DNA of 64,000 bases, from NCBI GenBank assembly GCA_018902845.1, contig JAHIPV010000020.1, positions 10,810 to 74,809 on the forward strand, given 5' to 3'. Positions 55,454 to 64,000 of this stretch are shown here, piece by piece (position 1 is the stretch's first letter; every line of letters begins with the position of its first letter). The notes beneath the pieces were generated by a model. The model made no database searches, had not been told where the DNA came from, and saw only the letters and a list, made by a program, of their open reading frames with translations. A program made the position numbers and the translations under genes. This DNA is from Patescibacteria group bacterium. Its GTDB lineage: Bacteria > Patescibacteriota > Microgenomatia > UBA12405.

Positions 55454-56902
55454 GTGAGTAAAAAGATTAAAGTATTAATAGCTAATTCTGTAGGAAAAGA
55501 TGAAAATGGAAATAATTTTATTTTGTTTCCCAGTCGGTGGACAGCCAATGTGGGCAAGACAAAGTCTTTTAATTTTTATCCCTATGAATTGGCTTATTTG
55601 TCAAGTATTTTAAAAAAAGAAAATTGCTGGGATGTATTAATGGTGGATGGGAATTTTGAGGCTTTGGATTGGAAAAAATATTTTGAAAAATATAAATTTG
55701 TGAAACCGGATTTTTTGGTGATGGAAACTTCCAGTGTGGTGTATGAAATGGATTTGAAATTTGGACTGGCTTTTAAGAAGAAATATGGAACAAAATTGAT
55801 TTTTTGTGGCCAGCACCCCAGCGCTTTTGCCAAAGAGGTAATGAAGGATGGGGTGGATTATGTTTGTTTGGGTGAATATGAATTGACGGTTTTGGATATT
55901 TTGAAAGGAAAAAAGAGATCGAAAATCAGGGGTTTGTATCCGAATGAAAGGAGGGAGCTTTTGGAGGTTGATTGTTTGCCTTTTCCTGAAGATGATGATA
56001 TTTCTCGAATAAATTATGCTGACATTGGCGGTTGTGATTATAAGGAAATAGAATTTTTTGCCAGCAGAGGGTGCATGATGAATTGTAATTTTTGTGTAGC
56101 TTCTCAGTTGTATTATAAAAAACCGAATTGGAGAGGAAGGAAAATTGAGAATATTGTGGAAGAAATTAAGTATTTGAAAAATAAATATCCAGAGATGGAG
56201 GGGATATTTTTTGATGAGGAATACCACAATACCAAAAAAAGTTTTATTTTGGATTTGTGTAAAGGCATAATTGATAATGGTTTGGCGGATTTAAAGTATG
56301 ACGCCATGTGTGGTTATTGGACTTTGGACAAAGAGATGCTTGAAGCTATGAAAAGAGCCGGTTATTACAAAATTAGGATTGGGATTGAGTCGGTGGATAT
56401 GAAAACGGCTAAAGGTATAAAGAAAAATATTAATATAAAAAGGCTTTTGAAAGTGTTAAATTTGGCCAAAAAAGTGGGGATGAGAATGTATGGCACTTTT
56501 ACTTTTGGGGCTTTGGGATCGACTGCCAAAAGCGACAGGAAGACGATTAATTTTTTGTCTGAGCTTTTGGATAAGAATTTGCTTTATGATTTTCAAACAT
56601 CAATATGTACTCCTCAACCGGGGACAGGATTTTTTGATTGGCTGGATAAGAATAATTATTTGTTTACCAAAGATTGGTTGAAATATGATGGGAAGACGGC
56701 GGTTTATGAATACCCTGATTATTCAAAAAAAGAGATTGAAGATAATTTAAAATTGGCTCATGTAATTTATGCAAAGAAAGAATTGAAAGACAAGGGATAT
56801 TTAAAATTGATTGGTGATGAAATCAAAAAGTCCGGTTTATTGGGTTTTTGCCGTAAAAGTTTTGAATTGGGGAAAAGCTACTTTTTTTCAGTTAGGCGGT
56901 AA
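55454..56902 (+). CDS. B12-binding-domain radical SAM protein (class B)
   Basis: ASRGCMMNCNFCV (CxxxCxxC), probable GTG start, and an N-terminal B12-type domain. Confidence 0.8.
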   Translation: MSKKIKVLIANSVGKDENGNNFILFPSRWTANVGKTKSFNFYPYELAYLSSILKKENCWDVLMVDGNFEALDWKKYFEKYKFVKPDFLVMETSSVVYEMDLKFGLAFKKKYGTKLIFCGQHPSAFAKEVMKDGVDYVCLGEYELTVLDILKGKKRSKIRGLYPNERRELLEVDCLPFPEDDDISRINYADIGGCDYKEIEFFASRGCMMNCNFCVASQLYYKKPNWRGRKIENIVEEIKYLKNKYPEMEGIFFDEEYHNTKKSFILDLCKGIIDNGLADLKYDAMCGYWTLDKEMLEAMKRAGYYKIRIGIESVDMKTAKGIKKNINIKRLLKVLNLAKKVGMRMYGTFTFGALGSTAKSDRKTINFLSELLDKNLLYDFQTSICTPQPGTGFFDWLDKNNYLFTKDWLKYDGKTAVYEYPDYSKKEIEDNLKLAHVIYAKKELKDKGYLKLIGDEIKKSGLLGFCRKSFELGKSYFFSVRR

Positions 56903-58070
56903 AGATTTGTTGATAAATACGCTTGGTTCTTTTTTTCCAGTCCCAGGTATGGATTATAAGATCGTAGGCGTCTTTAGATGTTTTTTTGTAGAGAGTTGGA
57001 TTATCCAGTAATTTTATTATGTTTTGGGCGAATTTATCCAGGTCGTATTTTGGGGTTTTTAATATGCCTTTGGGGTAATAGGTTTTTAGCGATTCCAGGT
57101 CAAAAGAAACTGCCGGTAATTTGTATGCCATACCTTGAGCGGCTGACATTCCCCCGCTATCAAAAGTGGCCGGATGGAGAATCATTTTGCTTTGTTTGAA
57201 AATATTTTGTGTTTGGGTATTTTCTTTGAAGCCAGTAAGAATAATATTATTTTTTAGACCAAGTTTTTTTATCTTGTTTTTTACCTTATTCATTAATTCT
57301 CCATCGCCTATCATGACCAGTTTGGCATTTGGTTTTTGGGCAACGACTTTTTTCCAAATATCTATTAACTCTAAAACTCCTTTTTGAAAATGGAATCTGC
57401 CCATGAAACAGGCGTCGTATTGAGGTTTCTCCCTTCGGGTGACTTGGGCTTTGCATGTGATTGAATTTGGAATATCAACTCCTCCCTGGACAATTATGAC
57501 CTTTTTGTGGGGGAATTTTTTTGTGTCGGGTTTTGAAGTGACCAAAACAAAATCAGCCCATTTTTTGACTATAAACAAACTTGGTTGTTGCATTGTCCAG
57601 TAGAGAATACCTTTGATTTTATTAATACCCTTGTATGGAGAAGAGTGTGAAAAAGGAGGAGGGGCGAGGAGATAATATCCGGCTATCCATTTTATCTTGG
57701 GATTGATTAATTTGGAGTAAAAAGCAGGCAGTAAATCGGGATAAAAGTCTGAGGCTGAGTAAATAAAGTGGCTATTATTGATAATATTGCCGTGCTTTTG
57801 TGCAGTTTTTAATCCTTTGATTGTTCTTCTGACAGTATGTTTTAGTATATTGAATGTTGAAAAATGGTTCGGATTAGTATTTTTTGTATCTGTTTTGATT
57901 ATTTTTATGTTTGATAATTGATGGCGATTAAAAATATTAATAGTTTCTTGGCTGGCCAGAACAGTAATTTTTAGTTTTTTTTGCCAGTGTTTGATGAAGT
58001 TGATAAGTATAGTATCGCCGCCGCTAAGACCGTTGCCGAGGTTGTTGTTGGCTATGATTAATAGATTCAT
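56892..58070 (-). CDS. Glycosyltransferase family 4
   Basis: C-terminal GT-B motifs LHPATFDSGGMSAAQGMAYKLPAVS. Confidence 0.7.
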   Translation of the reverse strand: MNLLIIANNNLGNGLSGGDTILINFIKHWQKKLKITVLASQETINIFNRHQLSNIKIIKTDTKNTNPNHFSTFNILKHTVRRTIKGLKTAQKHGNIINNSHFIYSASDFYPDLLPAFYSKLINPKIKWIAGYYLLAPPPFSHSSPYKGINKIKGILYWTMQQPSLFIVKKWADFVLVTSKPDTKKFPHKKVIIVQGGVDIPNSITCKAQVTRREKPQYDACFMGRFHFQKGVLELIDIWKKVVAQKPNAKLVMIGDGELMNKVKNKIKKLGLKNNIILTGFKENTQTQNIFKQSKMILHPATFDSGGMSAAQGMAYKLPAVSFDLESLKTYYPKGILKTPKYDLDKFAQNIIKLLDNPTLYKKTSKDAYDLIIHTWDWKKRTKRIYQQIFTA

Positions 58071-58125
58071 GGTTACTGGACAATTAGATAACTGGATTAC
58101 TAGATTACTGGATAACTAGATAAAG
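58071..58125. repeat. Octamer-family array in a divergent promoter region
   Basis: GGTTACTGGACAATTAGATAACTGGATTACTAGATTACTGGATAACTAGATAAAG. Confidence 0.7.
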
Positions 58126-58150
58126 AATAATTTGTATTAAGATATTATAA

Positions 58151-58807
58151 ATGGTTAAAGTTAATCTTGGTTGTGGGCCTAGTGGAATAGAGGGGTGGTT
58201 GAATTATGATTGGGGGATTTTACCGTTGTTATCCAAATTTACAGGTTTTAGAAAATGGCTAGTGGGTTTAGGATTACTTCCGAGGGATTATGATATTGGT
58301 TGGCCAAAATTAAGGCTTTGGGATATAAGATGGAGGTTACCGTTAAAAAATAATAGTGTGGATTTTATTTATTGTTCGCATGTATTGGAGCATGTGGAGT
58401 ATTGGCAAAGTAAAAATATTTTAAAGGAGTGTAGGAGAGTTTTGAAAAGAAATGGTGTTTTGAGAATAGTGTTACCGGATATGGGGTTGATTGTTAAAAA
58501 ATATTTCTCCGATGGTCCGATGAATCGGACAGCGGAGTGCCTGCGGCAAAAAGAGTTTAATATGAATGTTTTTGGGGTTGATAGGAGTAAATTTAATGAT
58601 GGGTTTTTGAGCAAATTGCAAAAATTTTTTATTCGGGAACACAGGTGGATGTACGATGAAAAGGATATGGTGTTTTTGTTAAAAAAGGCGGGTTTTAGAA
58701 AAATAAAAAAATGTAGTTTTAGAAAAGGGAAAATGGCCGATATTGATAAGTTGGATTTAAAAATACATAAGGAACTGAGTATGTATTTTGAAGTGGAAAA
58801 GATATGA
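58151..58807 (+). CDS. Class I SAM-dependent methyltransferase (Methyltransf_11-like)
   Basis: VNLGCGPSGIEGW ... IYCSHVLEHVEY ... LKRNGVLRIVLPD. Confidence 0.7.
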   Translation: MVKVNLGCGPSGIEGWLNYDWGILPLLSKFTGFRKWLVGLGLLPRDYDIGWPKLRLWDIRWRLPLKNNSVDFIYCSHVLEHVEYWQSKNILKECRRVLKRNGVLRIVLPDMGLIVKKYFSDGPMNRTAECLRQKEFNMNVFGVDRSKFNDGFLSKLQKFFIREHRWMYDEKDMVFLLKKAGFRKIKKCSFRKGKMADIDKLDLKIHKELSMYFEVEKI

Positions 58808-60384
58808 AAACTTTACTTGTATGTGTTGGTAGTTTTTATTCTCATAGATATGAGAAGTTTAAGCATTATATATCTCCTTTGGGTATTTCTTCAATCAGTG
58901 CTTATTTAAAGGCCAATGGAATGGATTGTTATTTAATTGACATGAAGTTGCTTTCGGGTTGGAAAGAGTTTGGAGAAAAAGTACTGGCCATATCTCCAGA
59001 TGTTGTTGGTTTGTCGTTGATGACAAGTGAAATGGGCAATACTGCCGGAGTGATAAATTTTATTAAAAAAATAAGGCCGAAAGCTAGAATTATAGTTGGT
59101 GGGCCTCATGTTACGGTTTTACCAAAAGAAACAGTTAGCATGTCAGGTGTTGATGTCGGAGTAATTGGAGAGGGCGAAGTTACATTTTTGGATTTGTTGA
59201 GATGTTTTGAGAAGAATGGAAAACTAAACTTTGTTAATGGGATTGTTTTTAAGTTAAAGGATAAAATAGTTTTTACTAAAGCACGTCAATATATCAGGAA
59301 TCTTGATAAATTGCCTTTTGTTGATCGAAACATTATCGGATCAGAAGGTTGGTATTCCAAGGCTTATGGTTTGTTTTTTCCTATGAGATATCCATTTGCA
59401 AATGTTATTGTGAGTCGTGGCTGTCCGGGGAGGTGTACTATGTGTCAGCCAACTTTGGATTTAATTTTTGGTAGACCGGCCAGATTTAGAAGTCCTGAGA
59501 ATGTTGTTGGTGAAATCAGAGAGTTGATTGAAAAATACAAGATTAAAAGTATTATCTTTTGGGACGATACTCTGACTGCTAATGTAAAGTGGCTTGAAAA
59601 GTTTAGTAATTTACTTATTAGAAAAAAAATCAATATAGATTGGTGGTGTTATTCCAGAGTTAACAATATAAATGACGATATTTTGGAGATAATGAAAAGG
59701 TCCGGGTGTAAAATGATATGTTTTGGTGTTGAGTCCGGGTGTCAACGGATATTAAATGAAGTGATGAGAAAAGGTACGACTGTGAAGCAAAATATTAAAG
59801 CTGTGAGTCTTTGTCGTAAACATGGAATTTTGGTGAATGCCAATGTAATGATAGGTTCACCGACTGAGACTTTAAAGGAGGTTAAGATGACTGATGCTTT
59901 ATTAAAAATAACTAAACCGGATATTGTTTGGGCTTCTGTAACTTCGCCTTTGCCCGGAACATATTTAGAGGAAGATGCCAGAAAAAAAGGCCTAATTATT
60001 ACAAAAAAGTGGGGAGATTTTACCAGAGGGCAGATTGGAAAAACCAAGTTGAAGTTGAAAATTAGTCTTGATGAGATGGTTAAATATCAAACGCGTTGGC
60101 ATCAAACAAGATTTAAACCAATATATATTTTTAGAAAGTATTATCTAGTTGCCTGTTTACGGCTTTTTTTGTGTCATATCAAGCAATTTCATTTTGAAAG
60201 GATTTTTTTGGATTTTTTAGTTGGGCCGATTATTGAGTTTGGACGCAGGATTTATTGGCGATATTATTTTAGATTTAAGACTAGACTACATAAGTCCGGC
60301 GTGTTTGTAGACGAGAGTGAAGAGATAGTAGTCCAGGGGGAAATCAAAAAATTTGAATTTCCAGCGGAGTTTTACCGGGATTAG
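58804..60384 (+). CDS. B12-binding-domain radical SAM protein (class B)
   Basis: VSRGCPGRCTMCQ. Confidence 0.8.
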   Translation: MKTLLVCVGSFYSHRYEKFKHYISPLGISSISAYLKANGMDCYLIDMKLLSGWKEFGEKVLAISPDVVGLSLMTSEMGNTAGVINFIKKIRPKARIIVGGPHVTVLPKETVSMSGVDVGVIGEGEVTFLDLLRCFEKNGKLNFVNGIVFKLKDKIVFTKARQYIRNLDKLPFVDRNIIGSEGWYSKAYGLFFPMRYPFANVIVSRGCPGRCTMCQPTLDLIFGRPARFRSPENVVGEIRELIEKYKIKSIIFWDDTLTANVKWLEKFSNLLIRKKINIDWWCYSRVNNINDDILEIMKRSGCKMICFGVESGCQRILNEVMRKGTTVKQNIKAVSLCRKHGILVNANVMIGSPTETLKEVKMTDALLKITKPDIVWASVTSPLPGTYLEEDARKKGLIITKKWGDFTRGQIGKTKLKLKISLDEMVKYQTRWHQTRFKPIYIFRKYYLVACLRLFLCHIKQFHFERIFLDFLVGPIIEFGRRIYWRYYFRFKTRLHKSGVFVDESEEIVVQGEIKKFEFPAEFYRD

Positions 60385-61827
60385 GGCCAGTTTGTAAGTG
60401 ATTTTGAAAAGGAGTTGGTAGAATTTTGATGGAATTCTTTTTTGCAGGAGATCGTAAGTATCTTTGTCCATGAGGCCAAAAATATATTGGGTCAACATAG
60501 CTGTTAACCTGCTTTGTTTATGCGTAATCCATTTTTGCTTATTAGTTATTTTAAAGGCATCTTCGGGAGACATAAGATAAGTACTCCAGCTTTTGAGATT
60601 TTTTGGATATTTTAGGCCTAGTTTAACTGCTCTTTTGAAAAGTGGAGCTCCGGGGTAGGGTAAGAAAACATAGTAAGTGTAGCGGTTTCTGTCACAAATT
60701 TTTAATAATTTATCTATTAAAGAAAGTGTGGTGGCGTATTCTTGTTTTACAAATTTTTTATTTTCTATCGCCTTTTTTGACCATGGCAGGCCAACTAAAA
60801 ATGAATAAAGAATTTTGATTTTGTATTTTTTGCAAAGACGAGTAAATTTTATTATTTCTTTTACATCCATGTCTTTTTTTATAAAATCAAGGGCTTTTTG
60901 AGAGCCGGATTCGGCTCCGGTTAAAATCATGACACAGCCGGTTTTTTTCATTAGTTTCCAGACTTTTTCTTTATATTGACTGAGTTGTCTGATCCTGCCG
61001 TTGGCATTTCCCCATTTTATGGAGATTTTATTTGTCAATAAGCCTTGGCAGATTTTGTAAACTCGGTTTTGATCGACAAAAAAGTTGCTGTCATAAACGG
61101 CAATGGAGTCAATCTGGTATCTTTTGTAAAGATATTGCCATTCTTTAACCACTTTTGTAGCGTTTAGGGCTGACCAGCGTCTTTTGTTGACTACTTGTTC
61201 TACGCAAAAACTACAGCGATGAGGACAGCCGTAACTTGAGATGTAGCTAAGTGTTCTTTTGCCGTATTCAGTGTTAATAAGACATTTTTCTATGTCTACC
61301 AAGTGGTAAGGCAGTGGCGGAAGTTTGTTTAAATTTGGCATGGGTTGATCGGGATTGGTATGAATGATATTGGCCTTTTTATAGGTAAGACCGGAGATGG
61401 TTGTCAAACTTTTTTTATTTTCCAGAGCAAAGACAAGTTTTGGGAAAACCTCGTCGGCGGGACCTCTTATAATCATGTCAACGAATTTATTTTTTATGCT
61501 TTCTATCGGTAGAATGGAAACATGCCAGCCGCCCCAGACTATTGGGGTTTTGGGAAAATGTTTTTTAAAAAGTTTGGCTATTTTTAGACCATCGTATATT
61601 TGAAAGCCGGTCATAGCAGAAATACCCAGACAAATGCTGTTTTGGCCGTGTTTGATTATTTCTTTTTCTAGGTTATTTTGTAAAAATCTTGAAAAGATTT
61701 TGACTTGATAACCTTTTTTGTCTAATACTCTGGAAATGGCCAGTAGGGACAGGGGGATGCCTTTCCATGAGCGGTTGTATGGAAGTGGGTTGGGGAAATA
61801 AAGAATGACTTTTTTAGTTTTTTTCAT
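60286..61827 (-). CDS. B12-binding-domain radical SAM protein (class B)
   Basis: SSYGCPHRCSFCV. Its 3' end converges on and overlaps 58804..60384 by about 100 bp. Confidence 0.8.
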   Translation of the reverse strand: MKKTKKVILYFPNPLPYNRSWKGIPLSLLAISRVLDKKGYQVKIFSRFLQNNLEKEIIKHGQNSICLGISAMTGFQIYDGLKIAKLFKKHFPKTPIVWGGWHVSILPIESIKNKFVDMIIRGPADEVFPKLVFALENKKSLTTISGLTYKKANIIHTNPDQPMPNLNKLPPLPYHLVDIEKCLINTEYGKRTLSYISSYGCPHRCSFCVEQVVNKRRWSALNATKVVKEWQYLYKRYQIDSIAVYDSNFFVDQNRVYKICQGLLTNKISIKWGNANGRIRQLSQYKEKVWKLMKKTGCVMILTGAESGSQKALDFIKKDMDVKEIIKFTRLCKKYKIKILYSFLVGLPWSKKAIENKKFVKQEYATTLSLIDKLLKICDRNRYTYYVFLPYPGAPLFKRAVKLGLKYPKNLKSWSTYLMSPEDAFKITNKQKWITHKQSRLTAMLTQYIFGLMDKDTYDLLQKRIPSKFYQLLFKITYKLALIPVKLRWKFKFFDFPLDYYLFTLVYKHAGLM

Positions 61828-61842
61828 GATGTGAGATGAAGT

Positions 61843-61933
61843 GCGTCATTCTGATCCGCCAGTTGGCGGAGAAGAATCCCAAGGGGAATTTGGTTCCGAG
61901 GGGATCCTTCGTTGCACTCAGGATGACGGCGGA
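61843..61933. repeat. Family-B palindromic repeat, intergenic
   Basis: GCGTCATTCTGATCCGCCAGTTGGCGGAGAAGAATCCC ... GGGGATCCTTCGTTGCACTCAGGATGACGG. It shares the TCCGCCAGTTGGCGGA module with the copy at 1183-1198. Confidence 0.65.
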
Positions 61934-61949
61934 TGGGCGATTGTAAAGG

Positions 61950-63104
61950 TTAATAATAGGTGTTTTCGATGGTTTGGGCATTTTTTATACTAAAATTATT
62001 TTTGGCGTATTTAAGGCAGTTTTTGGTTAGTTTTTTTAGTTGGTTTGGATTTTTATAAAAGAAACTTAATTCTTGTTTGAAATTTTTTAATGTAGGTGGA
62101 ATAATTTTGCCGACTTTATTATTAATTACATCAGGGATGGCCCCTTTGTTTGAAGCCAGGACCGGAGTACCGCAGAACAAAGATTCTATCGCCACTTTAC
62201 CAAAAGCTTCGTTATAAAGGGAAGGAAAAAGGAGAAGATCGGCCGATGAGTAGTAAAGGCTGAGTTTTTTGGGATTGATTTTTCCGGCGTAAAAAGTAAT
62301 GTTGGGAAACTTAATTGCTTTTTTTTCTAATTTTTCTTTTAATGGTCCGTGGTCGCCGATAACAATAAAGTGGATGTTGGGAAAGATAGAAATTAGTTTG
62401 ATAATTATTTTGATTCCTTTAATTGGGATAAGACGGCCGACAAAAATGGCGGTGAATTTGTTGGGAAGGTTTAGTATTTGACGGGCTTTGGACTTTGGAT
62501 GAGCTTTGAATTTTGTGTCATCAACCCAAAGGTAGTAAGTAGAGATCTTGTTGTTGTCGATTCCAATTTTAATCAGTTCTTTGGTTGAGGGTTGGGCTAG
62601 GGCCAAAATTTTGTCAAAAGAAGACAGAGTAAAAGAAGTTATTTTTGAGAATAATGAGGACTTTTGGAAGTTATAGATTGCGTAGGTGGAAGCGACAGTG
62701 CGAATTTTGAATATTTTTTTTAAGAGCATGGTAACAAAAGAGGCGTTTAGACCATGGGCATGAATAAGATCAAATCTCTGTTTTGTAAATATTAAAAAAA
62801 TGAAAGAACGTAAAAAAAGATATGGAGTCAGATAAAGAAATTCCAGAAACGGATATGGTTCCAGTTTGTGAAAAAGATTATGGCCCGGCCAACAAAAGCG
62901 ATGGATGGTGATGCGTTGTTTTTTTTCAAAACGAGGGGCGGGTGTGTTGATGGTTAACGGAGTAAAGGTAAGAACAGTAATTTGGTGACCATTCTTACTT
63001 AGATAGTTACATAAATCATCGAGATGGTTTTCTACTCCGCCTATATTAGGTTTGAAGAAAGGGGTGATCATTAATATTTTTTTTGGTTTTTTTATTGTTG
63101 CCAT
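61950..63104 (-). CDS. Glycosyltransferase family 4
   Basis: LFPSLYNEAFGKVAIESLFCGTPVLASN. The likely start is MATIKKPKKILMITPF near 63104; the predicted extension to 63206 overlaps the upstream gene. Confidence 0.75.
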   Translation of the reverse strand: MATIKKPKKILMITPFFKPNIGGVENHLDDLCNYLSKNGHQITVLTFTPLTINTPAPRFEKKQRITIHRFCWPGHNLFHKLEPYPFLEFLYLTPYLFLRSFIFLIFTKQRFDLIHAHGLNASFVTMLLKKIFKIRTVASTYAIYNFQKSSLFSKITSFTLSSFDKILALAQPSTKELIKIGIDNNKISTYYLWVDDTKFKAHPKSKARQILNLPNKFTAIFVGRLIPIKGIKIIIKLISIFPNIHFIVIGDHGPLKEKLEKKAIKFPNITFYAGKINPKKLSLYYSSADLLLFPSLYNEAFGKVAIESLFCGTPVLASNKGAIPDVINNKVGKIIPPTLKNFKQELSFFYKNPNQLKKLTKNCLKYAKNNFSIKNAQTIENTYY

Positions 63105-64000
63105 TTGGTGCGTGAAATTGGTTTTAATAATTTTAGGTGATATTTTATTGTTGTTAAGGAATAAGCAAAAAAAGAAATGAAACAGGCTAGTGGGTGAAAA
63201 AACCAAGCAGGATCCGGTTTTTTAAAATAGCCACGAAAAGAATCGATTATGGGGGGAAAGATAGTAAGAGTGTAGAGGGAGAATTTGATGATGCCGATGC
63301 GGTTAGTTTTTGACCAGTTGAATTGACGGATTGGTAGATAAGTGTAGTAATCAGTAAGACGGCGGAATTGTTTGCGGATAAATTTTGAAATTGATGATTC
63401 ACAATAAGAATGGATGATGCCGGTTTTGACTTTGGCAAAGTATAAGGGTTTTTGAGTTTTTTGTAGAATGGAAGAAATTAGATCGATGTCGAAGAAGTAA
63501 TTTGAAGGAGATCCTTCGACAGGCTCAGGATGACGGTGGAGGAAGGAAGAGCGAAGAATAGTTCCGTTGGCGCCGATGGTGGGAAGGGTGGAGTTTGGTT
63601 TTAGAGTAATTTTTATATATTGATCTTTATCTATTTGATCTATTTTTAGGCCAGTCCAAGTATTGGTTAAATATGAGAAGCGGTCATAGACCTTCGTAAC
63701 AAAAGCATAGGGGTCGTTGGCGCCGATTAATGCAGAGTAGCGTTCGATAAAGCCACCTGATTTGCGATAAGTAAATTTTATTGGTTCAGAGCCAATTAGA
63801 GAGGAGTCTTTTTCTAATGGTTTAATCATTTTTTTGAGCCAAGATTTGTTTGGTAAGATATTGTCTGAATCAATTAGGACAATATAGCGGTTTTTGGCCT
63901 TTTTTATGCCGATTGCTTTGGCGGACTCTCCCGTTTTTAGAGGGTTTTTGAAAATTTTGCATTTGTATCCTTTGGCGATTTTGATGGTTTTGTCGGTTGA
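63092..64000 (-). CDS. Glycosyltransferase (GT2-like), partial; N-terminus lies beyond the window end
   Basis: The frame stays open to the window edge and encodes ...NRYIVLIDSDNILPNKSWLKKMIKPLEKDSS with a DxD-like IDSDN. A family-B insert at 63508-63541 encodes HRHPEPVEGSP. Confidence 0.55.
   Translation of the reverse strand, partial: STDKTIKIAKGYKCKIFKNPLKTGESAKAIGIKKAKNRYIVLIDSDNILPNKSWLKKMIKPLEKDSSLIGSEPIKFTYRKSGGFIERYSALIGANDPYAFVTKVYDRFSYLTNTWTGLKIDQIDKDQYIKITLKPNSTLPTIGANGTILRSSFLHRHPEPVEGSPSNYFFDIDLISSILQKTQKPLYFAKVKTGIIHSYCESSISKFIRKQFRRLTDYYTYLPIRQFNWSKTNRIGIIKFSLYTLTIFPPIIDSFRGYFKKPDPAWFFHPLACFISFFAYSLTTIKYHLKLLKPISRTKWQQ
63508..63541. repeat. Family-B fragment inside the CDS
   Basis: GAGATCCTTCGACAGGCTCAGGATGACGGTGGAGG. 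Confidence 0.55.

Noticed and set aside
55594-56307. ORFs 55594..55833, 55637..56227 and 56113..56307 (-)
   Set aside because: They are antisense inside B12-rSAM 55454..56902. The long open antisense frame results from AT-rich codon bias
1-64000. tRNA, rRNA or CRISPR content
   Set aside because: None of the intergenic regions shows tRNA-like T-arm/acceptor patterns or rRNA-like conserved blocks. Nearly all non-coding sequence is explained by the repeat families

Overview
This is an AT-rich bacterial window, roughly one-third G+C by eye, with a strong G+T bias on coding strands. It is almost entirely a giant glycan-biosynthesis and glycosylation locus. It holds about 13 GT2/GT4 glycosyltransferases and about 7 polytopic GT-C/YfhO/ligase-like membrane proteins. 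It also holds 6 class I SAM methyltransferases, a sugar C-methyltransferase, 5 radical SAM enzymes (four of them paralogous B12-binding class B types), an ABC-2 exporter pair and acetyltransferases. A plus-strand operon at 22.4-34.2 kb encodes a CDP-linked branched/deoxy-sugar pathway (RfbF, RfbG, E1-type 3-dehydrase RfbH, C-methyltransferase, TPP enzyme, radical SAM, HAD, NUDIX, NeuB-cupin fusion, GtrB-like GT2). The locus is interrupted at 13.0-20.2 kb by a defence-like islet with an AbiEi/AbiEii pair, two AAA+DUF4143 ATPases, a mini caspase-like protein and a Fic protein. A tandem pair of NYN-domain genes sits between the ABC ATPase and permease genes. The most unusual aspect is a dense population of short palindromic repeats in at least four families, which I label A-D. 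Many are inserted in frame inside glycosyltransferase and other CDSs, producing recurring peptides such as RHPDHPQGEK, CRGDPCGRPQ and KRTRSPP, in a manner analogous to Rickettsia palindromic elements. There are also 8-bp periodic arrays (units such as AACTAGAT and AACCGGAT) at five intergenic sites. No rRNA, tRNA or CRISPR array was recognised.
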